Positions 7,726 to 17,112 of a DNA stretch of 64,000 bases are shown one piece after another (the first letter of the stretch is position 1; every line of letters begins with the position of its first letter). Location: the NCBI GenBank assembly GCA_043817315.1, contig JBDRGY010000006.1, positions 18,077-82,076 on the forward strand. Reading direction: 5' to 3'. Under the pieces are notes generated by a model. That model saw only the letters and a list, made by a program, of their open reading frames with translations, ran no database searches and had not been told where the DNA came from. The stretch comes from Patescibacteria group bacterium. Its GTDB lineage: Bacteria; Patescibacteriota; Patescibacteriia; JBDRGY01. The position numbers and the translations under genes were made by a program.

Positions 7726-9199
7726 TCTTGATTTTTAATACTCGAACGTTGCCAAAGTCATTTGACTCTATTATGTTAGCACCGTCCCAGTTTTCGGTTA
7801 AGGCTAGACCTTTGGGGTTTAGAACAACGTAACCGATCGCTTCGTTATAGAAACTGGGCTCTATTCCTTTTAGGGACAATAAATACAGATAAGCCTGGTC
7901 GTAATACTGGCTGGGTTCAGAATAAAAGTTGAATTGGTGATTCCCAATGTCGTCGGCGATATAATCGGTCACCTTTCTTTGTTCTTCAATTATGACCGAG
8001 TGGGAATTAGCTCGACTTCCGCTATATTCCAGGTCGATAAAATGATGAGTCACGAAAAACAGATTGGTGGTAATCACAGTCAGCAGGATTAACCCGGTAA
8101 TTATCTTTAGGTGTTTTTGCTGGAGCAGCCAAATTAAAAAGGCGGCTATCAACAAGAAACAAAGCGGGTAAATCAGCGAGTAATAATGAGGGGGAATCTG
8201 TTCTTTATAAAAAATAAATATTAGCAGCGGGATAAAAAACCAGAGAGCCAAGACCGAATAGTGATAGCTTTTTTCTTTGGCTGAAATTTTCTGATAATTT
8301 TTTGTTAGCAGCCAAGCCAGAATACCGATTATTAAAAGAGCAGACAAAAACTGCAAGCGGTTATTCATGGTCAATTCATCCCAGAAACCGTGGAAGCTTA
8401 AATAGCTTTTATCAATTTTCTGCCATAAGGGCAGAGCTCCCTGGCTGTCTGACTGGCCCAGTATTCGAAAGAAGCCTTTAGTGTTAGCCAAATTATTCTG
8501 TAGGTCATAAATTATCAGGGGAGAAATAACGATTAGAAAACAGACTGTGGCCAGCAACCATTTTTGCCATTTAATTTTGGGCCGGAAAATAATCCAGTAG
8601 ACAACTAGAAAAACTGGTAGGACAAATAAAGCTGTTCCGTGAAGTTGGATGATAAATCCCAGTGAGATAGCTAAGAGAATCAGATAATTTTGCTTACCCC
8701 TATGCAACTTCCATAGGGCCAACAGCAACAAGAGAATAAAGAAAGGCACGGGATGAGGGTTCCAGGTCCATCGGGAATACCTAATCATCAGGAAATTGGT
8801 AGCCATTAGGAAAGCTGCTAGTAATCCTACCCAGCGATCAAACAGTTTTTTGCCCAGATAATAAATTAGAAAAAGGCTGGCGATAGAAAGTAAGGCTACC
8901 AGGTAGGCTCCTCCCACCGGATCCGATCCGCTGAGCCAGAAAAAAGGAGCCAGTAGATAATAAAAAGCCGGTCCCAAATGAAAATCTGGTCGGTTATTGG
9001 GAGCTGCCGGGCCTAATAGGGGTAATTCTTCCCCCTCTACTATGCTTTTGACGACGAAAGCGTCTCTTCCTTCATCATTGGCAAAATGCATGGAATCATT
9101 CAGGTCATACAGTCGCAAGAAGGCTCCCACCGCCAGAATTATAACCAGCAGCCAGAATTCGGTTCTATTTTTTTTGATGAAATCAGTTAGTTTTTTCAT
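7718..9199 (-). CDS. glycosyltransferase family 39 (ArnT/PMT-like) membrane protein
   Basis: N-terminal GT39 signature LRLYDLN...FANDEGRDAFVVKS...DFHLGPAFYYLLAPFFWL and many TM helices. Confidence 0.75.
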   Translation of the reverse strand: MKKLTDFIKKNRTEFWLLVIILAVGAFLRLYDLNDSMHFANDEGRDAFVVKSIVEGEELPLLGPAAPNNRPDFHLGPAFYYLLAPFFWLSGSDPVGGAYLVALLSIASLFLIYYLGKKLFDRWVGLLAAFLMATNFLMIRYSRWTWNPHPVPFFILLLLLALWKLHRGKQNYLILLAISLGFIIQLHGTALFVLPVFLVVYWIIFRPKIKWQKWLLATVCFLIVISPLIIYDLQNNLANTKGFFRILGQSDSQGALPLWQKIDKSYLSFHGFWDELTMNNRLQFLSALLIIGILAWLLTKNYQKISAKEKSYHYSVLALWFFIPLLIFIFYKEQIPPHYYSLIYPLCFLLIAAFLIWLLQQKHLKIITGLILLTVITTNLFFVTHHFIDLEYSGSRANSHSVIIEEQRKVTDYIADDIGNHQFNFYSEPSQYYDQAYLYLLSLKGIEPSFYNEAIGYVVLNPKGLALTENWDGANIIESNDFGNVRVLKIKND

Positions 9200-10610
9200 G
9201 GGTTCCCAAAATTAGATTTTGGCAGGCAATCATTAGCCCAAATAAAAACCAGATGTGCATTATATATAAAATAGAAAAAGTTTGATACTGCACCATCACG
9301 CCAAGGAAAGCACCCAAGAGGCCGATCATCATCGCCTTTAGGTAATTATTGTCTGTTATTTTAATGGCCTTGATTGACCTAATAAATAATATAATAAAGG
9401 CAGCCATCATAAAGATAAATCCTAGTATTCCGGTTTCGGTTAACAGTTCGATAAATTCATTATTAACAATCTTCCAACCACCCCCCGGTATTATGTGAGT
9501 ATAAGTAGCTACCTGCGGACCAAAACCGCCCGGCCCAATGCCAAACAGCGGGTGATCATTAAAGGCCAGGAACGCTTTTTCAAAGGTATCTATTCTTTCT
9601 AAATAGGACGGCCCGGCGAAAACTCCCCGCACATGACTGATAAAGGTCTCCCAGTTGAGGGCCCCTCCACCGATCTGGAGAAATTGCACACCGACAACGT
9701 ATAGAAGAGTAATAGTGATGATCAAAATTACGATTTTTTTCCAAGTGAAAAAACTGCGGAAGTACAGAAAGGTAATCAGCAAGATCGAGGCGATCAAGCC
9801 CAGATAACCACCGCGGGAAATTGTCAGAAAAAGATTTATGCCCAGAATAAAAATCAATATTACCAAAAACCATTTTTTGCTTTGATAAAACCGGCTGAGA
9901 AAAAGAGCGTAGATAATAGACAAAGGGATCAATAAATAATTAGCGAAATACAAAGGCTCGAGGGCGGTTGACTGAATCCTGGTAAAACCCAACACGTCCT
10001 TGGTGTAGTGGGGGCGCAAACCGGTCACTTCAGGAGCCAGGCCAACCATGTCTCCCATAAATTGATAAAGTCCGAAGATGCTTACCAAAGTAGCACTGAC
10101 CAATAACACCACCATGACTTTTTTTAGCTTCTCCTTGTCATCAATCAAATTGGCCACCAGCACCGCAATCAACATGGTAAAAGCTGTTATCAATAAGACG
10201 AAGATAGATCGATCAAGGTTGTCGGCATAAATCAAACCCACTAGGTTAACTACTAAAAATAGAACTAGCGGCAGGGTTATGGGGAAACTTCTAAATGTTA
10301 GGCGGCGGCGTGCCATCATTTTAAACAGCCAGGCCAAAAGTGTGATGCCTAAGAATACTTGGCTCAGACGTATCGTCCCCAAACTGGCTTCATAAGCTCC
10401 TAGCCTTTCGAACGGCAAAAAGAATACAATAGCTAGAAACCCTAAAAAGGGGTTCCTAAAAATCAGCAACGCCAGGAATAAAACAATGACTGCAGCCAGA
10501 ACTAGGCCAGAGGGCATAATCAGTTCAAGAAGAGCTAAGGCAATAATTAGCAAACTGGCCAGTAGATACATCTTTTTTTCTTGCTGAGGTATTTTATGGA
10601 GAAAGCTCAT
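9183..10610 (-). CDS. second O-antigen-ligase-like polytopic membrane protein
   Basis: Multi-TM protein with loop motif FGIGPGGFGPQ…NNEFIELLTETGILGF, resembling the Wzy_C loop of the 6466-7725 protein. Confidence 0.5.
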   Translation of the reverse strand: MSFLHKIPQQEKKMYLLASLLIIALALLELIMPSGLVLAAVIVLFLALLIFRNPFLGFLAIVFFLPFERLGAYEASLGTIRLSQVFLGITLLAWLFKMMARRRLTFRSFPITLPLVLFLVVNLVGLIYADNLDRSIFVLLITAFTMLIAVLVANLIDDKEKLKKVMVVLLVSATLVSIFGLYQFMGDMVGLAPEVTGLRPHYTKDVLGFTRIQSTALEPLYFANYLLIPLSIIYALFLSRFYQSKKWFLVILIFILGINLFLTISRGGYLGLIASILLITFLYFRSFFTWKKIVILIITITLLYVVGVQFLQIGGGALNWETFISHVRGVFAGPSYLERIDTFEKAFLAFNDHPLFGIGPGGFGPQVATYTHIIPGGGWKIVNNEFIELLTETGILGFIFMMAAFIILFIRSIKAIKITDNNYLKAMMIGLLGAFLGVMVQYQTFSILYIMHIWFLFGLMIACQNLILGTHEKTN

Positions 10611-11758
10611 TGTTTTTTGCGAAATAGCAATTTGTAATATTCTTCCACCATCAAATCCAGGCTAAACATTTTTTCCACTTTGAGGCGTCCCCTTTTGGCA
10701 GCCTGCCTGGCCTCTTGGTAGTTTTTATAAATATAGATAATTTTTTCGGACAAGGCGTCTGAGTTTTTGGGGGGCACCAGATATCCAGTCTCCTTCTCCT
10801 CTATAATTTCCGTAACTCCTCCCATCTGGGAAGCGACTACCGGTACTTCAAAGGCCAGTGCTTCCACTAAAGAAATGCCAAACGATTCTCTAATGGCAGA
10901 GGGCAGGGCAAAAAGGTCAAACAGAGGATACCATTTTTCAATGTTATGTTGAAAACCCACAAATTGGGTGACCTGATCAATTTCTAGCTTTTTGGCTAGC
11001 CATTCTAAATTTTTTCGAGCCCCGCCATCACCTACGATTATCAGGGAAATATTGGGAATGAGCGGTAAGGCCCGTTTAGTTGCCTGCATCAGGTATTCTA
11101 TCCCTTTTTCCGGCTCCAGGCGACAAATGGTTCCTATAATAAAACTTTTTTTAAACCTCCTTTCAAAATTGCGGCGCACAATATCTATTTTGCCTAAATC
11201 AATCCCGGGGTATATTACCTTAATATTTTTTTCTTTTACTCCGATCTCTAACAACTGGTTTTTGATCGCCTGGGAAATCGGTACTACGGTCACCAAGCGG
11301 GAGTGCCAAACATAGAGCCAGCGCCAAGGGTTTTTGGTTAACCAACGGTCAATAGTGGTATGTTCCGTCCAAAATACGCGGACACCCAGTAATTTGGCCC
11401 AGAAGGCAATCAACAACTTTTCCGTAAGGGATAAACAGTAAATAATCCTTACCTGCTTAAAAAAGCGATAATAGAAAACCGTACAAGCTAATTTGGGGAA
11501 GGTCAAAGGAGCCAGCAAGGGAAAAACAATGGCACTCCATTTGCTGACCGGTTCGAAACCAGCCCAGGTTTTTTGATTATGCCAGCCTCTTTTTTTGAAC
11601 TCTCGTAACAGGACTGGGCAACTAGAAGCCAAATAAAAATTAAAATCTTGACTAATCAAACCTCTGACCAAAGAAATGGTGTGCTTCTCTCCGCCGCCGT
11701 AGGCTGAGTCGTAGGGGAATTTTAATATCAAAACGTTAGTCATCGTTTCTTTGTCCAA
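10607..11758 (-). CDS. glycosyltransferase family 4
   Basis: C-terminal GT4 block ICRLEPEKGIEYL…IVGDGGARKNLE…PSAIRESFGISLVEALAFEVPVVASQMGGVTEII. Confidence 0.8.
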   Translation of the reverse strand: MDKETMTNVLILKFPYDSAYGGGEKHTISLVRGLISQDFNFYLASSCPVLLREFKKRGWHNQKTWAGFEPVSKWSAIVFPLLAPLTFPKLACTVFYYRFFKQVRIIYCLSLTEKLLIAFWAKLLGVRVFWTEHTTIDRWLTKNPWRWLYVWHSRLVTVVPISQAIKNQLLEIGVKEKNIKVIYPGIDLGKIDIVRRNFERRFKKSFIIGTICRLEPEKGIEYLMQATKRALPLIPNISLIIVGDGGARKNLEWLAKKLEIDQVTQFVGFQHNIEKWYPLFDLFALPSAIRESFGISLVEALAFEVPVVASQMGGVTEIIEEKETGYLVPPKNSDALSEKIIYIYKNYQEARQAAKRGRLKVEKMFSLDLMVEEYYKLLFRKKQ

Positions 11759-13163
11759 TTATTTCCAGCACTGTCTCTTTAGAAAAACCTCGAAACAAAT
11801 AAAGAAGTGCTACATAGGCCACGCCGCCTATAATTAAGACTAAAAGGAAGTTCAGGGCTGGCAGCAGCCAAAGAATCAAGCTGGTTAGTCCGGTGGCTAG
11901 GACAATTTTACCCAGGGTTAAAAGCTCCAACTTGATCTTGGTGCTTTTTAGAACTAGCCAGATACTGCCCAAACATATCAATACTTCTGTAACTACGGTC
12001 ATCCAGGCCGCCCCGAAATAAGAAAAGCGCGGGATGAAATATAAATACCCGAGGACGGCTATAACGGCGACTGCGGCGTATATTTTTATCATTCTTTTCT
12101 GCTGACCGATAGCCACCACGGCATTGCCGAATAGATTGCCAACAAAAATTGAGGCAGTGGCGATAATTAAAATTCTTAGAACCGGACCAGAGGCTACAAA
12201 TTCATCACCAGCGATCAGTAACATTACATCTTTAGCAATAAATGCAGTGAGAACTACCATGGGAAAGGCAATCATGGCCATGAAATTAAACGATTTAGAT
12301 AATCCATTTTTAAACCGCTCCATATTTTTTTCAGCGAACGATCTGGTAAATAATGGGGTGACCAAGCCGGCGAAAATGGCCGGCAAAGTGATAAGCACTT
12401 CCAGGACCTTATAGGGGGCACCATAAATTCCCACCTCAGCCGCCGGCTTAAACAGAGATAGCATGACGGTATCGGCTTTAAAGTAAATAAGGTTTAAGCC
12501 AATCGATATAGCAATGGGCCAGCTTTCTTTGATAATCTGTTTCCAGTAGGGCCAATCGAAAGACAAACGGATTCTGATAAAGCGCCTGGAGAATAAATAG
12601 GTAGTAAAAAAATTAGCAAAGCTGCCCAGGACAACTGCCCCCAAAATGTAGAGCAGATCCAGTTTGTAGTGAATAGCTAGAAAGGTGAAAACAAGCAAGA
12701 TCACTTTACCCAGAACTTCAGTTAAGGCTACTATATTCATCTTCAGCTTTTTCTGAAATACTCCAATCAGAACTTGGTTGAGGGTAATAAATAAAATTGA
12801 CAAAGTGGTAATCAACACTCCCCACTTGACTATTGACGGATAGGGAAGGAACAAAATAATTATTGGCGCCAAACCCAAAAAGACAATTGCGGAAATTAGT
12901 CTAAGGGTAAAAATGTTAGAAACTATTTTGTTTTCCTCGGCTCCTGATTCCGATATTTTCTTCAATAGGATTATATACAATCCCATGTCAACCAAAATGC
13001 CAAAAAACTGCAGGTAGGCAATGATGGTGATATAGTGCCCGTACCCGGTCTGGCCCAAATATCGGGTCATTAAACCCACCGTCACAATGCCTAAAATTGT
13101 CGCTAAACCCTTGCCAATAATTTGGTAAAGGGTGTTGTGGGCAATTTTGCGAGTCAAAGACAT
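11736..13163 (-). CDS. Wzx-type polysaccharide/oligosaccharide flippase
   Basis: 475 aa, about 14 TM helices. N-terminus NTLYQIIGKGLATILGIVTVGLMTRYLG is typical of the Wzx/RfbX (MOP) family. Confidence 0.75.
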   Translation of the reverse strand: MSLTRKIAHNTLYQIIGKGLATILGIVTVGLMTRYLGQTGYGHYITIIAYLQFFGILVDMGLYIILLKKISESGAEENKIVSNIFTLRLISAIVFLGLAPIIILFLPYPSIVKWGVLITTLSILFITLNQVLIGVFQKKLKMNIVALTEVLGKVILLVFTFLAIHYKLDLLYILGAVVLGSFANFFTTYLFSRRFIRIRLSFDWPYWKQIIKESWPIAISIGLNLIYFKADTVMLSLFKPAAEVGIYGAPYKVLEVLITLPAIFAGLVTPLFTRSFAEKNMERFKNGLSKSFNFMAMIAFPMVVLTAFIAKDVMLLIAGDEFVASGPVLRILIIATASIFVGNLFGNAVVAIGQQKRMIKIYAAVAVIAVLGYLYFIPRFSYFGAAWMTVVTEVLICLGSIWLVLKSTKIKLELLTLGKIVLATGLTSLILWLLPALNFLLVLIIGGVAYVALLYLFRGFSKETVLEIIGQRNDD

Positions 13164-13242
13164 AAAAAAAGATAAAGCTAAGCTTTAAATGAGTGTCTTG
13201 ATTTTATCAGATTTTCGGCTATTTTGAAAATGGAAATTGTAT

Positions 13243-13271
13243 TGACTTTTTAGGAAAAATATGCTAATATA
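13243..13271 (+). promoter_or_regulatory. sigma70-like promoter (TTGACT-17-TAATAT) for the SpoIID-domain gene
   Basis: TTGACT at 13243-13248, 17-nt spacer, TAATAT at 13266-13271, in the divergent intergenic region. Confidence 0.4.
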
Positions 13272-13332
13272 GTAATGGTAAAACATACCGGGGATAATAT
13301 TGCGTCCTTTTGCAGGCGCAATTTTTTTATCT

Positions 13333-15264
13333 ATGAAAATAAAAAGCAAAAAACAGAACTTTGTCACTTTTAAACAGTTAATTCAGATACTTCTTTTGGT
13401 AGCTTTTGTCGTAGCCGTATCTGGTATCTTACGCTTGGTGGAATCGATATTTACCGACGATGAAGTAATCGCCAAAGAGCCTGCCGAATCCATAACCTCT
13501 ACCCTGCAAACCGGTTATGTAGGTTATGGTTCCATTCTTCCGTTGCCTAATAACCCGGCAACAACTGCCCAACCACAGGTGTTGGGCATGGCTTTTGCCT
13601 CCCGAAGCGCCTCTACTGTTTGGCAGGCCAAAAACGTCGGCCAAATCGCTCCTGATATAAAGATACTACCAGGGCGCAGCCTGACCTTCTGGGTGGATTT
13701 TCAAAATGTTGGTAATACCACCTGGCGCAATGACGATGAACACTTTATCGCTATGAATGTTGACCAGCCAGCCGGCCGGCACAGTATTTTCCAGCATGAC
13801 TTTTGGTCTGAATCCTATAGGCCCTGCTCTATGTTAACTGACGAGGTTAAGCCGGGACAGGTAGGTCGTTTTCAATTCGCTATTGTGGCACCAGACAGAC
13901 CAGGCCAGTACTTGGAACAGTTCCACTTGGTAGCAGAAAATTTGATCTGGATCCCGGGTGGCAATTTTGTTTTGCCCATTACTGTCTTGCCTCATCCTCC
14001 GGCCTGGCAAGCTGAGCTAATTTACCGATCCTTTGAAGAAATCGAGATTGCGCCGGATGACGCCTTTACTTTCGAAGTAAAATTTCGTAATACCGGTACC
14101 GCCACCTGGTACAATGATGGCGATAACTTTATTGCCTTAAACCTGACCGGCCCCCCGGGTCGTCAAAGTTCTTTTCGGCATGATTTTTGGCCAGCTGATT
14201 ACCGGCCCTGTAAAATGCTAACCGATGAAGTAAGGCCTGGAGAAGTCGGTCGCTTCCGCTTTGCTATGCAAGTGCCGGATCAACCCGGTTTTTATTTCGA
14301 AGAATTTAACCTAGTAGCAGAAAACCTTATTTGGATTGAAGGAGGGTACCTGTCTTTACCCGTTACGATTAAGAACCCGACTACTCCGGCTAATGCCAAC
14401 CCGGAACAAGAAGATATTCGAGTCGGTTTATTCGATAGTGATGATTCTTTTCAATTAACTGCCAATAAGAACTTTAAAGTGGTCAATACTCACGGCACAA
14501 TTTTTGCCACCCTGGTTGGTGGTGCCCAGGTAACGGTTACTTTTGAAGATAATAAATACCATCTCGAATTACCCGGCACCACTAAAACCAGTTACTATCC
14601 TGTAAGATTTATTCCGGTCAAAGCTGAGACTATTTTTGAAATTGTCAGTTTTAAAAATGCTACTGCCTGGAATAGTGAGGTCAACGATAACCGATTTAGA
14701 GGAATTCTGGAGATTAATCACGCTGCCCCAACGGAGAAAACTTGGATAATTAACGAGCTGCCACTCGAACTTTACCTGCGCGGGGTGGCCGAGGCCGGAA
14801 ACGAAAATCCGGAAGACTACCTCAAAGCTCTGGTCATAGCTGAGCGGACCTACGCTCAGTATCATATCAACACCGGCACCAAGCACGCTGATGAGAACTT
14901 CACTGTTGATGCCACTTATGACCAGGTCTACCGAGGATATGGGTTTGAGGAGAGAGCCCATGTCATCGTAGAGTTGATTGAAGAAACTGAAGGCATGGTA
15001 GTAACCTATGATGATGAAGTAGTGGTCACCCCATATTTCTCCCGCACAGACGGACGCACCCGTTCCTGGGAAGAGGTTTGGTCTGGCGATCCCAAGCCCT
15101 GGTTGATTACAGTGCCTGACCCGGCTTGTGAGGGTATGGTAATGCTGGGCCACGGAGTCGGTATGTCAGCATATGGAGCCAGGGCCATGGCCGAAGATGG
15201 ATCAACTTACGACGAAATATTAAAATACTACTATACTGGTATCGAAATAGCAGACTTTTACTAA
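13333..15264 (+). CDS. SpoIID/LytB-domain cell-wall protein with N-terminal tandem ~100-aa repeat domains
   Basis: C-terminal SpoIID-like block ELYLRGVAEAGNENPEDYLKALVIAERTYA…GHGVGMSAYGARAMAEDGSTYDEILKYYYTG. Two N-terminal repeats (FQHDFWSESYRPCSMLTDEVKPGQVGRFQF… / FRHDFWPADYRPCKMLTDEVRPGEVGRFRF…). ATG at 13333 chosen over the upstream TTG at 13300. Confidence 0.75.
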   Translation: MKIKSKKQNFVTFKQLIQILLLVAFVVAVSGILRLVESIFTDDEVIAKEPAESITSTLQTGYVGYGSILPLPNNPATTAQPQVLGMAFASRSASTVWQAKNVGQIAPDIKILPGRSLTFWVDFQNVGNTTWRNDDEHFIAMNVDQPAGRHSIFQHDFWSESYRPCSMLTDEVKPGQVGRFQFAIVAPDRPGQYLEQFHLVAENLIWIPGGNFVLPITVLPHPPAWQAELIYRSFEEIEIAPDDAFTFEVKFRNTGTATWYNDGDNFIALNLTGPPGRQSSFRHDFWPADYRPCKMLTDEVRPGEVGRFRFAMQVPDQPGFYFEEFNLVAENLIWIEGGYLSLPVTIKNPTTPANANPEQEDIRVGLFDSDDSFQLTANKNFKVVNTHGTIFATLVGGAQVTVTFEDNKYHLELPGTTKTSYYPVRFIPVKAETIFEIVSFKNATAWNSEVNDNRFRGILEINHAAPTEKTWIINELPLELYLRGVAEAGNENPEDYLKALVIAERTYAQYHINTGTKHADENFTVDATYDQVYRGYGFEERAHVIVELIEETEGMVVTYDDEVVVTPYFSRTDGRTRSWEEVWSGDPKPWLITVPDPACEGMVMLGHGVGMSAYGARAMAEDGSTYDEILKYYYTGIEIADFY

Positions 15265-15271
15265 TTCAAAA

Positions 15272-15306
15272 TAAAAAAGGGTGCAGCTTAAGGGCACTCT
15301 TTTTTG
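15272..15306. terminator. bidirectional hairpin terminator between the SpoIID gene and queA
   Basis: AAAAAAGGGTGC-agcttaa-GGGCACTCTTTTTT: stem flanked by an A-run and a T-run. Confidence 0.5.
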
Positions 15307-15308
15307 AA

Positions 15309-16334
15309 TCATTTTATCAACATAGCATCGCCAAATGAGTAAAAGCGGTATTGTTTCTTAGTGGCAATTTGGTAGCAGTCCAGAATAAAGCGACGGCCGG
15401 CCAGGGCCGAGACCAGCATCAACAAGGTTGATCTGGGCAGATGAAAGTTGGTAATCAGGGCGTCTAAATTCTTAAACTTATATCCGGGATAGATAAATAA
15501 GTTGACCCAGCCCCTAAAGCTTTTATTGGGTTTTTTTAATGCCGTCTCCAGGGTTCGGACCGAAGTAGTCCCCACTGCTATGACCCTGTTGCCTTTTTTC
15601 CTGGCAATTTTAATTCTATTAATCGTTTCCTTAGAAACCTCTACCCACTCTGGGTGCATACGATGCTTCTTTATATCTTTTACCTTAACCGGCTGGAAAG
15701 TGCCGAAGCCAACATGTAGAGTTACGTATTCTATTTGCACTCCTTGGCGTTTCAATTTATTCAATAAACTCTTGGTAAAATGCAACCCGGCAGTGGGGGC
15801 CGCTACCGAACCGACTTTATCAGCATAAACTGTTTGATAATCTCTTTTTGCTTTCTGCTTTTTGTCTTTTATTTTGATGTAGGGTGGCGTTGGTGCTTCC
15901 CCAATCTTATCTATGATTGGCCAAAAGTCCTTGGCAGATTTGTTAAGCTTGATGTGCCAAATTCCTCCTGTCAGTTGTTTAATAACTTTTCCTTCTAGAC
16001 CCTCCTTAAATTGTAATACCATTCCAGCTTTTCTGATCTTACCTCCGATTAAAACCTCCCAGGTCCGGCCTGTTAATTTTTTTAATAGAAATACCTCAAT
16101 TTTACCACCGCTTTCCTTTTTCCTGCCCTGGAGCCGGGCTGGGAATACTTTAGTATTGTTTAAAACCAATACGTCGCCTTTAACCAATAATTTTGGTAAA
16201 TCAAAAAAATGGCGGTGCCAAACTGTTTTTGTTTGGCGATCAACCACCATTAAGCGAGAATGGTCCCGGGGATAAACCGGTTTTTGAGCAATATATTGTT
16301 TGGGCAGGTTATAGTCGAATGAGGAAAGCTTCAT
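15309..16334 (-). CDS. queA: S-adenosylmethionine:tRNA ribosyltransferase-isomerase
   Basis: QueA N-terminus MKLSSFDYNLPKQYIAQKPVYPRDHSRLMVVDR…VLNNTKVFPARL and family-wide similarity. Confidence 0.9.
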   Translation of the reverse strand: MKLSSFDYNLPKQYIAQKPVYPRDHSRLMVVDRQTKTVWHRHFFDLPKLLVKGDVLVLNNTKVFPARLQGRKKESGGKIEVFLLKKLTGRTWEVLIGGKIRKAGMVLQFKEGLEGKVIKQLTGGIWHIKLNKSAKDFWPIIDKIGEAPTPPYIKIKDKKQKAKRDYQTVYADKVGSVAAPTAGLHFTKSLLNKLKRQGVQIEYVTLHVGFGTFQPVKVKDIKKHRMHPEWVEVSKETINRIKIARKKGNRVIAVGTTSVRTLETALKKPNKSFRGWVNLFIYPGYKFKNLDALITNFHLPRSTLLMLVSALAGRRFILDCYQIATKKQYRFYSFGDAMLIK

Positions 16335-16341
16335 TTAGTTA

Positions 16342-17007
16342 CTACAGCCCGGGAATCTTGGCTATAATTTCATCGGCCGTAGAAAAAAAGTTGATTTCTG
16401 ATAAATACTCCCGCTTAAAAACACCAATGTTTATCAAAGTGTCCAAGATAGGAATCCAGTAGCTGCTGACAAATACTTGTTGAGGGGCAGATTCTTCCTT
16501 GGTAATTTTTTTGTTAATCATGTGCACCACTGAACGAATCAGAATCTGAAAAGTACCGAGTTCTCCCTGAAAAATGACAACTACTGGAGGTGAAATTGCC
16601 ATCAGCTCTACTCTGGGGGCGGGCATGTTTACAATTGCCTTGGGACCGACTTTGTTAGCGTGCGGTTTCTGCTCTGTATACAATATTCCCAGACATTTGT
16701 CTTTAACTTCTTCGGCTACCGCTTTCATGATTCCGGTATCACGACCAGCATTGATAACACAGCCTCCCCAGTCTACTACTGCTTTGGCCAGAGCTATACC
16801 GTCCAGAGCGGCCGGATGATCCAATTTTAAGCCGCCTCCCCCGTTAATGGCCACTACCAACCCCTTGCTCTCGTAAGTAATCAAAAAAGCTTTGGAAGAA
16901 TCATGAACTGTAACCCAGGATTTGGTATTTTTGACCTCGGCCTCTTGGTCAATTTTTCCTAATACCCTTACCTTTCTTTGGGCAAATAAATTTTCGGCGT
17001 GTGTCAT
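16342..17007 (-). CDS. LOG/SLOG-like Rossmann-fold nucleotide-binding protein (TIGR00725-like)
   Basis: Gly-rich INGGGGLKL…DWGGCVINAGRDTGIMKAVAEE block resembles the LOG/DprA-related SLOG superfamily. Assignment is tentative. Confidence 0.4.
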   Translation of the reverse strand: MTHAENLFAQRKVRVLGKIDQEAEVKNTKSWVTVHDSSKAFLITYESKGLVVAINGGGGLKLDHPAALDGIALAKAVVDWGGCVINAGRDTGIMKAVAEEVKDKCLGILYTEQKPHANKVGPKAIVNMPAPRVELMAISPPVVVIFQGELGTFQILIRSVVHMINKKITKEESAPQQVFVSSYWIPILDTLINIGVFKREYLSEINFFSTADEIIAKIPGL

Positions 17008-17112
17008 ATGTTCTTAGGTTACTTATCTTGATTTTATAATAGCATAAATCTAGATTTTTCTCACAATACCCCCTGGCTTGACAAGATAAAAGGTGGTGTT
17101 ATTATAGGCTTG

